From Adineta vaga (Eukaryota > Animalia > Rotifera): 64,000 nucleotides of DNA. A model generated the notes under the pieces. The model worked only from the letters and a program-made list of their open reading frames with translations. It was not told the DNA's origin and did not search any database. The stretch is from contig CP075497.1 of NCBI GenBank assembly GCA_021613535.1, positions 13,392,001 through 13,456,000 on the forward strand, given 5' to 3'. The position numbers were made by a program, and so were the translations under genes. Of this stretch, positions 40,685 to 53,914 are shown in pieces (position 1 is the first letter of the stretch; each line of letters starts with the position of its first letter).

Positions 40685-43600
40685 ATGATGCTTCCACTGA
40701 CACGTCTAAGTCAGTGTGAATACCTTTGCATTTTCTTTGCGTTTTTTGCAATCACGAACGCACAAAGCAACTTAACATCATTCCCATCATCTAACTCGTG
40801 TTCTAGTTCACAATTGTTATGTGGCGATTCCATTTGTTACGAACCAACAACACAAATCTGCACGTCAAACAACATAATTATCCAGTGCATTCGTGTTTGC
40901 GGAAATCAATGTTATAACCCAACAACAGATTTCTGTTCGAATAAAACTATTTGTTCGTATCCATCTCGAGTGTGCAATGGCCAATGTCTTCCAGAGAATC
41001 AAATGTGTGTTAATAACATGACGACGTGTATAATTCCAAATAAAAATTACTATTATGGATATAACCCATCTGCAATACAATCATGTAATGGTACTTGTTA
41101 TGATTCAGCTTTTCTCATCTGTTCTAACGGAACCATTCAATGTGTTAACTACTGCTCAGGTGTATGTTACAGTTCATCTTCACAACAATGTTTCAATGGA
41201 ACGTTGTGCGGTCTTGAACAAAACTTGTGCTATGTGAAGTATTACAATGGGGGAACAATGGTCAATCAACCGACACCTCAGTGTTATAATCCTTTATATC
41301 AAGTATGTATTAACAGTTCTCTCTGTTCATACCCATCTCAAGTATGCAACGGACAATGTCTTCTGAATAATCAAATGTGTGTTAATAATGTGACGACGTG
41401 TAAAATTTCAAATAATTTTGCCTCCTATGGATACAACCCATCTGCAGTACAATCATGTAATGGTACCTGTTATGATTCGGCATCCCAAATTTGTTCCAGC
41501 AATGCGATTGAATGTATTAGTAACTGCTCAGGTAGATGTTATAATCCATCCACACAACAGTGTTTCAATGGGACAGTATGCTCTTTTAATGACAAGTTGT
41601 GCTATATTAAATACGATAATTCGGGAACAACGGTCAATCAACCGACACCTCAGTGTTATAATCCTTTATATCAAGTATGCATTAACAGTTCTCTCTGTTC
41701 GTATCCGTACCCGTCTCGAGTATGCAATGGACAATGTCTTCTAAATAATCAAATGTGTGTTAATAATGTGACGACTTGTAATATTGCGAATAACGGTTAC
41801 TATTATGGATACTATCCATTTGCAATACAATCATGTAATGGTACCTGTTATGATTCGGCATCCCAAATTTGTTCCAGCAATACGATTGAATGTATTAGTA
41901 ACTGCTCAAGTAGATGTTATAATCCATCCACACAACAGTGTTTCAATGGGACAGTATGCTCTTTTAATGACAAGTTGTGCTATATTAAATACGATAATTC
42001 GGGAACAACGGTCAATCCACCGACATCTCAGTGTTATAATCCTTTATACCAAGTATGTATTAACAGTTCTCTCTGTTCATACCCATCTCAAGTATGCAAC
42101 GGACAATGTCTTCTAAATAATCAAATGTGTGTTAATAATGTGACGACATGTAAAATTTCAAATAATTTTGCCTCCTATGGATACAACCCATCAGCAATAC
42201 AATCATGTAATGGTACCTGTTATGATTCAGCATCCCAAATATGCTACAGTAGTGCCATTGAATGTATAAGTAACTGTTCTGGTAGATGCTACAATCCATC
42301 CACACAACAGTGTTTCAATGGGACAGTATGCTCTTTTAATGACAAGTTGTGCTATATTAAATACGATAATTCGGGAATAACGGTCAATCAACCGACACCT
42401 CAGTGTTATAATCCTTTATATCAAGTATGTATCAATAGTTCTCTCTGTTCATACCCATCTCAAGTATGCAACGGACAATGTCTTCTAAATAATCAAATGT
42501 GTGTTAATAATGTGACGACATGTAAAATTTCAAATAATTTTGCCTCCTATGGATACAACCCATCAGCAATACAATCATGTAATGGTACCTGTTATGATTC
42601 AGCATCCCAAATATGCTCTAGTAGTACCATTGAATGTATTAGTAACTGCTCAGGTAGATGCTATAATTCATCTTCGCAACAATGTTTGAATGGAACGTTG
42701 TGCGATCTTCAACAAACGTTGTGCTATGTGAAACACGATAATTTGGGAATATCGATCAATCCACCTTCGCTTTGGTGCTATAATCCTTCAACTCAAGTAT
42801 GTCTTAATAGTTCAGTCTGTTACTATCCATCTCGATTATGCAACGGACAATGTCTATCAGATAATCAAATGTGTGTTAATAACATAACCAGATGTAAAAT
42901 ACCCAATAACGGTTACTATTATGGATACTACCCATCTGCAATACAATCATGTAATGGTACCTGTTATGATTCGGCATCCCAAATTTGTTCTAGCAATGCG
43001 ATTGAATGTATTAGTAACTGCTCAGGTAGATGTTATAATCCATCCACACAACAGTGTTTCAATGGGACAGTATGCTCTTTTAACGACAAGTTGTGCTATA
43101 TTAAATACGATAATTCGGGAACAACGGTCAATCAACCGACACCTCAGTGTTATAATCCTTTATATCAAGTATGTATTAACAGTTCTCTCTGTTCATACCC
43201 ATCTCAAGTATGCAACGGACAATGTCTTCTGAATAATCAAATGTGTGTTAATAATGTGACGACGTGTAAAATTTCAAATAATTTTGCCTCCTATGGATAC
43301 AACCCATCAGCAATACAATCATGTAATGGTACCTGTTATGATTCGGCATCCCAAATTTGTTCCAGCAGTACGATTGAATGTATTAGTAACTGCTCAAGTA
43401 GATGTTATAATCCATCCACACAACAGTGTTTCAATGGGACAGTATGCTCTTTTAATGACAAGTTGTGCTATATTAAATACGATAATTCGGGAACAACGGT
43501 CAATCAACCGACACCTCAGTGTTATAATCCTTTATATCAAGTATGCATTAACAGTTCTCTCTGTTCGTATCCGTACCCGTCTCGAGTATGCAATGGACAA

Positions 43601-45539
43601 TGTCTTCTAAATAATCAAATGTGTGTTAATAATGTGACGACATGTAAAATTTCAAATAATTTTGCCTCCTATGGATACAACCCATCAGCAATACAATCAT
43701 GTAATGGTACCTGTTATGATTCGGCATCCCAAATTTGTTCCAGCAGTACGATTGAATGTATTAGTAACTGCTCAAGTAGATGTTATAATCCATCCACACA
43801 ACAGTGTTTCAATGGGACAGTATGCTCTTTTAACGACAAGTTGTGCTATATTAAATACGATAATTCGGGAACAACGGTCAATCAACCGACACCTCAGTGT
43901 TATAATCCTTTATATCAAGTATGTATTAACAGTTCTCTGTTCATACCCATCTCAAGTATGCAACGGACAATGTCTTCTGAATAATCAAATGTGTGTTAAT
44001 AATGTGACGACGTGTAAAATTTCAAATAATTTTGCCTCCTATGGATACAACCCATCAGCAATACAATCATGTAATGGTACCTGTTATGATTCGGCATCCC
44101 AAATTTGTTCCAGCAGTACGATTGAATGTATTAGTAACTGCTCAAGTAGATGTTATAATCCATCCACACAACAGTGTTTCAATGGGACAGTATGCTCTTT
44201 TAATGACAAGTTGTGCTATATTAAATACGATAATTCGGGAACAACGGTCAATCAACCGACACCTCAGTGTTATAATCCTTTATATCAAGTATGCATTAAC
44301 AGTTCTCTCTGTTCGTATCCGTACCCGTCTCGAGTATGCAATGGACAATGTCTTCTAAATAATCAAATGTGTGTTAATAATGTGACGACATGTAAAATTT
44401 CAAATAATTTTGCCTCCTATGGATACAACCCATCAGCAATACAATCATGTAATGGTACCTGTTATGATTCAGCATCCCAAATATGCTCTAGTAGTGCCAT
44501 TGAATGTATTAGTAACTGTTCAGGTAGATGCTATAATTCATCCTCGCAACAATGTTTGAATGGAACGTTGTGCGATCTTCAACAAACGTTGTGCTATGTG
44601 AAACGCGATAATTTGGGAATATCGATCAATCCACCTTCGCTTTGGTGCTATAATCCTTCAACTCAAGTATGTCTTAATAGTTCAGTCTGTTACTATCCAT
44701 CTCGATTATGCAACGGACAATGTCTATCAGATAATCAAATGTGTGTTAATAACATAACCAGATGTAAAATACCCAATAACGGTTACTATTATGGATACTA
44801 CCCATCTGCAATACAATCATGTAATGGTACATGTTTTGATTCGTTATCCGAAACATGCATCAACAGTACCGCTGAGTGTATGAACAATTGCTCAGGTAGA
44901 TGTTACAATCCATCAATGCAAAAGTGTTTCAATGGATTGCTATGTGGTGTGAAGGAACAGCTGTGCGAAATGAAAAATGATAATAGCTCTGCTGTTGAAA
45001 ACAATGGTGGAACTAATCGATGCTATGATCCTTTGTATAAAGTGTGTTTTAACAACACAATTTGTGATCGATTTACTCGTTCTTGCAATGAACGATGTCT
45101 TGGAGAGAAGCAAGTGTGCGTTAAGAATATCACGATATGCAATGTTACACGTTCATACTTTTATTACCAACTAAGCCAAATTCAGTTATGCGACAATGTT
45201 TGTTATGATACAGCTATTGAGCAATGTGTTCGTGGAGTCGTAACAGTAGGCTTCGTTTCAACTCATTCACCGGAGACAATGGCAACAGAGACGAATACGT
45301 CATTGGATTCAGATTCATTGGTGTTAACGTGGGTTCATTTGACATGGTTCAAGATACTCATAATTCTCTTGTTTATGTTGATCGCTTTCTCTCTTTTGGG
45401 TTTTGGTGCATGGCGAGTATATACTTCATGGTGGAATAAAAATGAAGAGTCGAATTCTTCGAGTCAGAATGAAATGGAATTAAGAAATATTGGGGATGTA
45501 AATCTGATTGATGACTATTTAAGAACACAAAGCCATTGA
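40685..45539 (+). CDS. Type I membrane protein with near-identical ~122-124 aa Cys-rich tandem repeats; apparent 2-bp frameshift at about 43935
   Basis: Signal peptide, repeated CNGTCYDS..C and CYNP units, C-terminal TM. TTCTCTCTGTTC is TTCTCTGTTC in one copy. Confidence 0.88.
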
Positions 45540-46013
45540 GATTATGTCGACTATTGGCTATCTTCGAGTATTGAAATAATTTAAACGAACTCATTTTAAA
45601 GACGATTAACTTGCAAATTTTTAATATTTGATAATAGAGATTTTATTAGAATTACTGCGTGGATAGTAATAAATAATGGCAGAAAATTGTATCCGCCAGT
45701 TATTAATCGATAGAGTACATACGAATGAATTTGTGTGATTAAAGAGAAATTGGGTTGAATGCGAATGCTCGAACTGGCAAAGGAAAATAAACAAAAGAGC
45801 ATGGGCGTATATCTAGTACCTATAATAACACATTTTCTTGTCACATCCAACAAGAATGAAAGAAAAAACGTAGTTGTTCGAAATACTAGTAGAGTTATCA
45901 ATAAACTTGGTCTTTTCATGTTGAAATGTTTTCATTTGTCCTGAACTATTTAGTTAGACACACTTTTTTTTCTATTTTTTATCACATTTACTCAAACAAA
46001 TTTATGGTGATTA

Positions 46014-46069
46014 TGAAAGGGTGAGTGTAGATATCGGTTGAAGTTGTGCACTCTTACTCACATCCTTAA
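46014..46069. repeat. Telomere-like inverted-repeat element
   Basis: TGAAAGGGTGAGTGTAG..CACTCTTACTCACATCCTTAA. Confidence 0.7.
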
Positions 46070-47730
46070 AATATATCTATATGCAATTTAATGTCATTTA
46101 TTTTTTTTGGGAGATATCGCTAGTTTTTAAGTAATTTAAACGAGAAAATAAGAAAGAATACGTTCATAAATATTATAATTAAAGATAAAAACTAAATGTT
46201 AAATTTTTAAATAAATCTTTAAAATGTAACACACTGCCAATGGATTTATATGATTCAATTAAAACATATTAGATTTGATTAACATATGAAAAAGTCCTAC
46301 TGAATAATAAAAATAACATAAATTTGTAACAAATGATAAAGTAAAATTTTCATTGATGATCTTATATTAAAATATAACTTGTTGTTATTCCATATGATGT
46401 TATTCTTATAAAAATAAGTAAAATTTGTTGATCAAGAAGATTTCTTATTAAATGAATATTTTCATATGTTAAATATGCAAATATAATCATAATTATTATT
46501 GAAATAATACTCGTTAAATCAAGTGAATATAAATAATTATATATTCTATTTGTAACAATACATGTTTTTGTTATGGAAGATATATCAACAAATAAAAAAG
46601 ATGAAGAATTCTATGAAGACAACAAATAATAGAATTAAAATTAAAATAATTCGATATGTCCATTTTATATTACTTAAACGATACGTAAAGAAACATTTCT
46701 TGATGTAACAAAATATTGATCAATTGAAGTTAAACATGAATAATATAAATGAAAAAATACGAAAAACAGCTATGAAATATTGTCGTACACGACACCAATC
46801 TAAAGAATTTTGACTTAAATCAAAATTAAAACTAATACTTACAATACACGATATAAGATTAATACGAATAAATAAATGATTATCAATTATATTAATAACA
46901 ATTAAAAATAATTAAATATAAATTGTTAATTATTCATTTATATATGATAAGGACATTTAATTTCATTTAAATTATCAATTTTGTTTTTCTATTGAAAAGA
47001 CAAATTTTTATTTCAATTATTATTGAGAATTAAGAAAAATATAGACAGAAAAAAAATAATAGTCAGCTAAAAACACATGGATAAACCTTTCTTTCATCTT
47101 CATCAAAAAAATAAATAAATAAATTTTCAATCAATTAGAAAAACATTACTTTAACACGCAAAGCAAGAATAATGATTAGTTTTATTATAATATGTGAAAT
47201 GAATTTTTTAATTTAATGACAAAAATCAAATGATTATTCACATTTTCAATAAACATATTTTAGAATTTATTGTTTCATCTTTTTTTCTCTATATTTACTA
47301 TTTTGTATGTATCTCCGTATGAAACAAAGAATAAACAAGAAAATATTGATTATAAATACGAGATTGAATATAAGATATTTTGGTGAAGATGCACAACAAT
47401 ATAATAAAAATCGTGTAGTAATAATTAATAAAATTAATTCTTGAATTTATAATTCAAATATTTGAGAAGAAATAACGGATAAACTTATAAATTGATTTGA
47501 ACTTTGTTTTATTTACTAATTGACAAAATGTACTCAAATCTTCAAATGTCGATAGATATATTTTATGAAAATCATTATAACGAAAAGATATTTCAAAATC
47601 AACTTCAGAAAATGAATTTATCCATTCAGCACTTATAAATATATTTGATGATATTCATATTCAACATTTGACAATTTTCAAGAAAAACGAACAGTTGTTC
47701 CCTAGGACGTTAAAGGTTCAAATAAAAGAG

Positions 47731-47758
47731 TATCCATACTCACAGCCACATCCTCTAA
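47731..47758. repeat. Telomere-like element, right arm
   Basis: TATCCATACTCACAGCCACATCCTCTAA. Confidence 0.55.
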
Positions 47759-49223
47759 CTGGAGAAATGAAAAGAAAAGTTTTTATTTTATTTTAGAATA
47801 AATGATTGTTGATAGTTTGTGATAGCAAACCATCTAAGTTCCCAATTGCCATTGTTTATTTTGTGTTCAGGATAACTTTTAGTAGAATTTTCCATGATAT
47901 AGTCAAGATGAACTATGAATGATGTTTGTTTTGCTTCATAAATCGCGCTGACATACCAACAAGACTCCAATGATCTCGTTCTCCATTTATTGAAGTGAAA
48001 TAATTTGATATTTCAGATAAACCACAATGACTAGTATCCACATGTAAGCCAAATCATCTCCATGGACCAAACAGAGAATCAATTGAGGAAATTGAGTGCA
48101 TATAAGTTATACGTATTTTCCCAGTACACAGATGGTACCATAATATGATCGAGCTATCATTGTTTGTTTCTTTAATTCAATAATTTCTTTTGTTAGATTC
48201 TGTTTTTCATTATTGAAATGATAAAAATACGATCGAGTTTGTATTATGTTTCGTTTCAGTTCAGTAATTTCTTTTTCTAGTTGCTTAACTTGATGTTGAA
48301 GACTTTGATCACTCTTTTTTGCACTTTCTACGCAGTGAAAACATTGATTAATATGCAGATGACAAGGATAATTTTATTGACTTTCATTTGTATATTTCTA
48401 TTTATAACACTTAAAATGATTGATTCTCACAATGACTATCGTATAAATACAATTTTAGTATTGATAGTCATGTTTCTTGATGACATACTCTAACCTATTG
48501 ATATGATTGGATTGATTTGTGATAGAAAGTGCACACAACTTTTCAAAAAACCTTTTGCGATCAATTGCACAGAAAGTAATTGAAATTTTGACATTTTACA
48601 AAATGTGTTACGATATTTCATCATATCCATCTATATGTTAATCATATCTCAATGGAGGATATATTATATTAAACAGAATCGAAATGTTCTATAATATCTT
48701 GTTTTTGTACAACAATATATCTCAAACTAAATCAAATAATTCAACATGAAAAGATTTAGTTAAATATAAATGAAGAATAATTATGTTGTTGAAATATGAT
48801 CGATCATCCTTCTTATAAAAGTTATATAGATTTATAATCAAATGGGATAAAAGACAATATTCATAATATATTGATATCTTAAACAATAAACTTTAAATTT
48901 TTCCTAGTTAATACGAACAATACGTACTTGAGTTTATGAGTACGAAATAACTATCTGTAATAATGGAAATACAATGAACATAATCAATGATACGCGACAA
49001 CACAAGTATAAATACATATGGAGATAATCAAATTTCGTAGACATTTCTTTTATTTTTCTTATTCAATGGAATTGTTGTTGGTTTAACAAAAACATTCAGT
49101 TAGAGGAAAAAAAAAGAATTTTCATACAGAACTGAATTGATGATAATTGTGTTGAACAAAATTTCATTTAGAAAAGAGAAACGAAGATATGATCTTATAT
49201 AGGTTAATGAATTTATTTTGCTC

Positions 49224-49289
49224 TTGAGGATGTGATTGTCTCAAATAGAGATAAAGCGTATTTATTAACTGAATTCACACCCACACCCA
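49224..49289. repeat. Telomere-like inverted-repeat element
   Basis: TTGAGGATGTGA..CACACCCACACCCA. Confidence 0.8.
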
Positions 49290-49771
49290 TTAGCATGATC
49301 AAGAAAAATTCCAAATTTATTATTATAATTAGAAATTCCACTATTTTCCCACACTTTACTCATAAATATGTTTTTGATAATTGTATACTATCTATTCAAA
49401 AAACGTGAAATCGATTATTTTGCATTCCTATTTGTTATTATGTATCAATAAGGAAAAGAGATAAATCCATTGTATTGATATAGATATATTATATACATTT
49501 GTTTCGTCAAACGAAATAATTGTATTTTTCTTCACTTTAAAATAGTTTTACCGTTCGAAAGTTATATTATTTTCTGTTCCAGATAAATGAGAGCACATGG
49601 ATTAGTACAATTTAGGTTTTTTTCTCTTATGTACAAACATATATATATATCGTCGATTTTCTAACCTCAGTATTATTCATTCACAATCATATACGAAGAT
49701 AAAATTGTCAAAATAAAATAGATTTCACGTCTATAACTACACGTAAAACAAATAAGATATATTCAACTACA

Positions 49772-49969
49772 ATGAGTAATGTTCATAGATACGAAAGACT
49801 TCAAGTTGATGGTCTTAGATCAGCTAGAAGATTTGGACTCGGTAATGGAGTTCCAAGAGTTATAATGGTTCCATGGGCATCACAATTTGCTATGGCTTAT
49901 CAACAATTTTTTAATAGTGGTTCTAGAATTGGATATGGGTGTGGAGGAACAGGATTTGGTCGATTCTAA
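49772..49969 (+). CDS. Small Gly/Arg-rich protein (65 aa), unknown function
   Basis: Coding-like composition in very AT-rich surroundings. TATA-like run upstream, AATAAA downstream. Confidence 0.55.
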   Translation: MSNVHRYERLQVDGLRSARRFGLGNGVPRVIMVPWASQFAMAYQQFFNSGSRIGYGCGGTGFGRF

Positions 49970-50601
49970 AACAAAAGTTTTATAAATGAAAAGAATAAAT
50001 CATTCTTCTCTTTTAAAGTGAAGAAAGATATTTATTTACACAAAATGTGTATAAATAAATAAAATTGATATTTATACTATTAATTAATATTATCAAATAT
50101 CTATACATTCACATTCACACAACTAATTATAATCATTGACATAGATTGAGTTGTTTGTTACCAATAATAACTCTATTTGATGTTAAATAATAGATTATTT
50201 CACGAACATACATACCTATTTGTTTATCTAGTTGTGGTAAACTCATAATAATGTAATATAAAGCGTAGAACGAAATTATGATGAATAAATGTAAGAAGCT
50301 TTTATTTAACAGAAATTTTCGTGACAAACGACTCAATCTATGTCAAGTTAATGTTAATTCATTGAAAATGAAACAAAATTAGTTCCAGATGGTTTCTTAA
50401 CATCAGATTCCATGTTTTTGTATTTTTGTATCTGGTTATGTTTTGTTCTAATTTATAGTTGTGACATCTGTATATTTTTTTCATTGAATTATGTTTGTGT
50501 TATAGTTGATAATGATCTTCAAATAAGATCGAAAATTTCTGTTAAATGAAAGCTTCTTACATTTATTCATCTTAAATTTTAATTTGATTAAAATTGAAAG
50601 A

Positions 50602-50661
50602 TTGATGGTGTGGGTATATAGATGTTAGTCGAGATAAGAGAAAAGGTATATACACCCCCTT
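50602..50661. repeat. Telomere-like inverted-repeat element
   Basis: TTGATGGTGTGGGTATATA..TATATACACCCCCT. Confidence 0.7.
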
Positions 50662-50887
50662 ACTTGGTAATAGTTACTCGTATTTTACCTTAACATATAT
50701 TTATACTTGTTCAATCATACATATTTCTGTTAAGCTTAACAACTTGTTTATCCATCTAATCAAATTTTATTGTAATATATTAATTTCGAAAAAAGAGATG
50801 TTACAAATTTAAATAGTTTCAGATGGATGTGTCTCTACTTCATATGTAATTCACTTTTCACGTATAGCTAAATGAATTATGAGAAAA

Positions 50888-51190
50888 TTATAAGAAATTA
50901 CCAAGAAAATTGCCGTCCATATCCGTATAATCACCATTTGACCAGATTTTACCATGATGATCATTTTCTAATCCAATATTTTCTTTCATTTTTTCCAATT
51001 TTCTACCCCATTCACGTGGATGCAAATTCTTATTAAATTCTTTATTCAATGCTGTTGCTGTGCCTTTCTGCATTGTATGTCCACCTGTTTGTAGAACATG
51101 CTTTTCCTTAGCACTAGTAATTGGATCAAGTAACAGTAATGTAACAACAACAACAACAACCAGAAATAAGAGAGTAGATGATGAGAACAT
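50888..51190 (-). CDS. Small secreted protein (100 aa), possibly resembling a bacterial polymorphic-toxin C-terminal domain
   Basis: Clear signal peptide, then REWGRKLEKMK..GLENDHHGKIWSNGDY.D.DGNFLGN. Confidence 0.65.
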   Translation of the reverse strand: MFSSSTLLFLVVVVVVTLLLLDPITSAKEKHVLQTGGHTMQKGTATALNKEFNKNLHPREWGRKLEKMKENIGLENDHHGKIWSNGDYTDMDGNFLGNFL

Positions 51191-52200
51191 TATAAAGTTG
51201 TGTGAAGCACAGTAATAAAATGAATAGAGTAGAAAAATGAAAAGCTATGTTTTAATTAAAAAGATTCTCAAGATATTGAAGCAAAGAGAAAAACAAAGAG
51301 ATTTTTTTATAATTCTCTTTAAAGAATATAAGAAGAGGATGAGTTTAATTATGAATAGAAACCACTACGCCATAGTATATCTTTAATCTTATATTTAATT
51401 TATTAACATGAATCGATCGAAAAAAACCTTGAAGAATAATCCTCTATTTCGTTTTCTCTTTTTCACGAAACAGAAATTTGAAACTAATCTTTTTTTTAAT
51501 ATTTTCCGAGAAAAAATGTTTTTCTGTTGTTGTGTAATTGAATTCATCTTTTTGTTTGGCATTGAAATTTAATTTATATTTACTTTGGAACCAAACAACG
51601 GAGAAATATATTTATTAGAACAAAAATAGATAACTTTTGCAATACTTTTTTAGTACTCTGTCTTGTACAGTATCCAATAAGAGACAGACTTTTTCCATGA
51701 TTTATTTTCGTTCATTAACACTTTACTTTTTGTTGAAAATATACTAATAGTTAACTTTTACGTTCGAATTAATAATACAATTACATTTATTTACTAGTGC
51801 AACGTTACATGGCTACTTTCTTATCCATAGTATTAATATTATCTGCATCGTTGTGTTGCATTCTACATCACAGTGAGTAAATTTGACGTTCACTTACTTT
51901 TAGAATTCTGTGACGAATAGACAGTAATACAAATAATGTTGTTAAAAAAAATAAGATCTTCTTTTGTAAAAAAAAACATTGAAAATACGCTAACTGAAAA
52001 AATTATATTTGTAATGAATGAAATGAGCTCGTACAAACATATAGATGAAACTCGCCTCATTCTACTTCGAATATATCCACAAGACGAAGTGTATTAACTG
52101 TAGTTCTCAGATTTTTCTCATTAGTTTCAAAAAATAAGAAGTTTAATGTCGATTTGAAACGAAAATATCCGTAAAATACTTTTGTCTGTGTATGTACTTA

Positions 52201-52600
52201 GCTTCAGCCGCTGCAGGATGGTGTTATCAATGTGATTCGAGAAATCCTCGATGTGGAATGCACATAGATCCTTCAATGCGAATTGATAAGACGCCTTGTA
52301 ATGGTCAATGTTATACGTCTATACGAAAAAACAGTAAACGCTAATATAAATATGTAAACTATTGTTATAGTTAATTTGTTCTAGCGATCTATCGAGGATG
52401 TTCATGGGAACATGGTTTTATGGCTCCAGAACCAACGGATGCTACTATTCATGAAAAGGCGGGAATATGGCGTTTTTGTAATACATCATTGTATGTTTTT
52501 TATTTCATTTAGCATTAGTTTGAATTTTACTACTTCTCATTAAATTCTCAATTTTGTAGATGCAATTCTGACGGAAGTTCAATTATGCGAGGTATGTATC
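52201..52600 (+). CDS. Ly6/three-finger-fold (quiver-like) protein, multi-exon; 5' exon not resolved
   Basis: WCYQCDSRNPRCG..PCNGQCY..YRGCS..FCNTSL|CN. Confidence 0.65.
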
Positions 52601-53405
52601 ACTGAAAAATTGTTTAAAATTGTTGTTGATTTTTGGAAAAAGTTTATCGATCTTTTAAAACTCCGTGTATACGTCTCATTGTCATTAATATTTGTTATTT
52701 TAGACATGTGTTATGAGGAATCATGCAGCTATTTTGACTTTCCTCAAGATTGCGAATTATACAATCTCAACATGGTATGTGGTAAACAATGTGGTAATCA
52801 AATGTGTTAGAAAAATATCGATGGAAACCTTTTAATAACAGTCAAAAATATAATCACTGAAAAGAATTTTTTCTTTGATGCTAACTGCTAATCACACGTA
52901 ATGATCTCTTTGTTATATGAGCAGTCAATAAAAACAAATCAGCATAATCATAAGAATTATACTGAATCAATCGAAAACAGACTGACCTGGATATTTAAGA
53001 TAAACAAATCGATCTGCTAGTTTCAACTTTTGCATTTCAGCAATCAATCAAATCGTGAATCAAGCCTATACTGAGTAGTGTGTTTGCTAATGTAAAGGAA
53101 TCAAAATAATGCAGCAGTGAATTCGGCGACGCGTTTTGTGCTTTTTATTTAATAATGAAAACATTCATCAGGACTCGACATTATATTTTGCAGCACAAAC
53201 ATATGAGGTAAAAGGATGGAGGAGAAACAATCAAATATAACAAAAATATGAAAACAAATAAAGAAGAAGAGAAAATGTAAAAAGGCAAAAAGGAAAGAAG
53301 CAAAACTTTGTTTACTTTAAGATTTTTCAAAGTACGAGCGTAGGTCGGTTGATATTCAAATTGAATGGGTACACAAATATCTTGATGGTCATTGGCTATT
53401 GACTA

Positions 53406-53470
53406 TTAGGGTGTGAATGTGGGTGTTAGATAGATTTAATACTCACACCCACACTCACCCACACCCTCAA
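53406..53470. repeat. Telomere-like inverted-repeat element
   Basis: TTAGGGTGTGAATGTGGGTGT..ACTCACACCCACACTCACCCACACCCTCAA. Confidence 0.9.
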
Positions 53471-53718
53471 GAGAATAACGGTTATTCACTTTTTCGTCAA
53501 CACACGATAACGGTTATGGTATTTATCAGATTACAAATCCATCTCCTAATTATAATGAAGTTTGGAACTGGAAAGCAAATGTTGATAAAAGAATTCAGAT
53601 TCTCAATGAGAAGACCAATGCTGCAGTTACGTGGATGATTAGTCAACATGTGTAGACCAAGAAGGAAACTGGTAGAGATCACCAAGTCGATGATGAACGA
53701 CTTGGAGTAAACTGTTTC

Positions 53719-53780
53719 TTGAGGGTGTGTATAGGTGGGTTAAGTAAAGAGGAAGAGCTCTACCCATCTACTAACACTCT
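53719..53780. repeat. Telomere-like inverted-repeat element
   Basis: TTGAGGGTGTGTATAGGTGGGT..TACCCATCTACTAACACTCT. Confidence 0.8.
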
Positions 53781-53914
53781 TTTTTTGTAAGATTATTTAT
53801 ACATAATTATTAGAAAAGATACACATTTTTTCGTTCCTTTATTATGAAAAAGAGTAACGTTTATTTAATTGATAATATAAAAGCAGAAAATCTTTCCAGA
53901 ATAAATGAAATGTA

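Noticed and set aside
41055-44358. Alternate-frame ORFs (MPPMDTTH...)
   Set aside because: They are shadows of the repeat gene and recur only because the unit recurs.
40900-44900. Long tandem repeats as a CRISPR array or satellite
   Set aside because: They are in-frame protein-coding repeats without unique spacers.
47788-48140. Possible decayed minus-strand gene
   Set aside because: Coding-like, but multiple stops and no assignable family.
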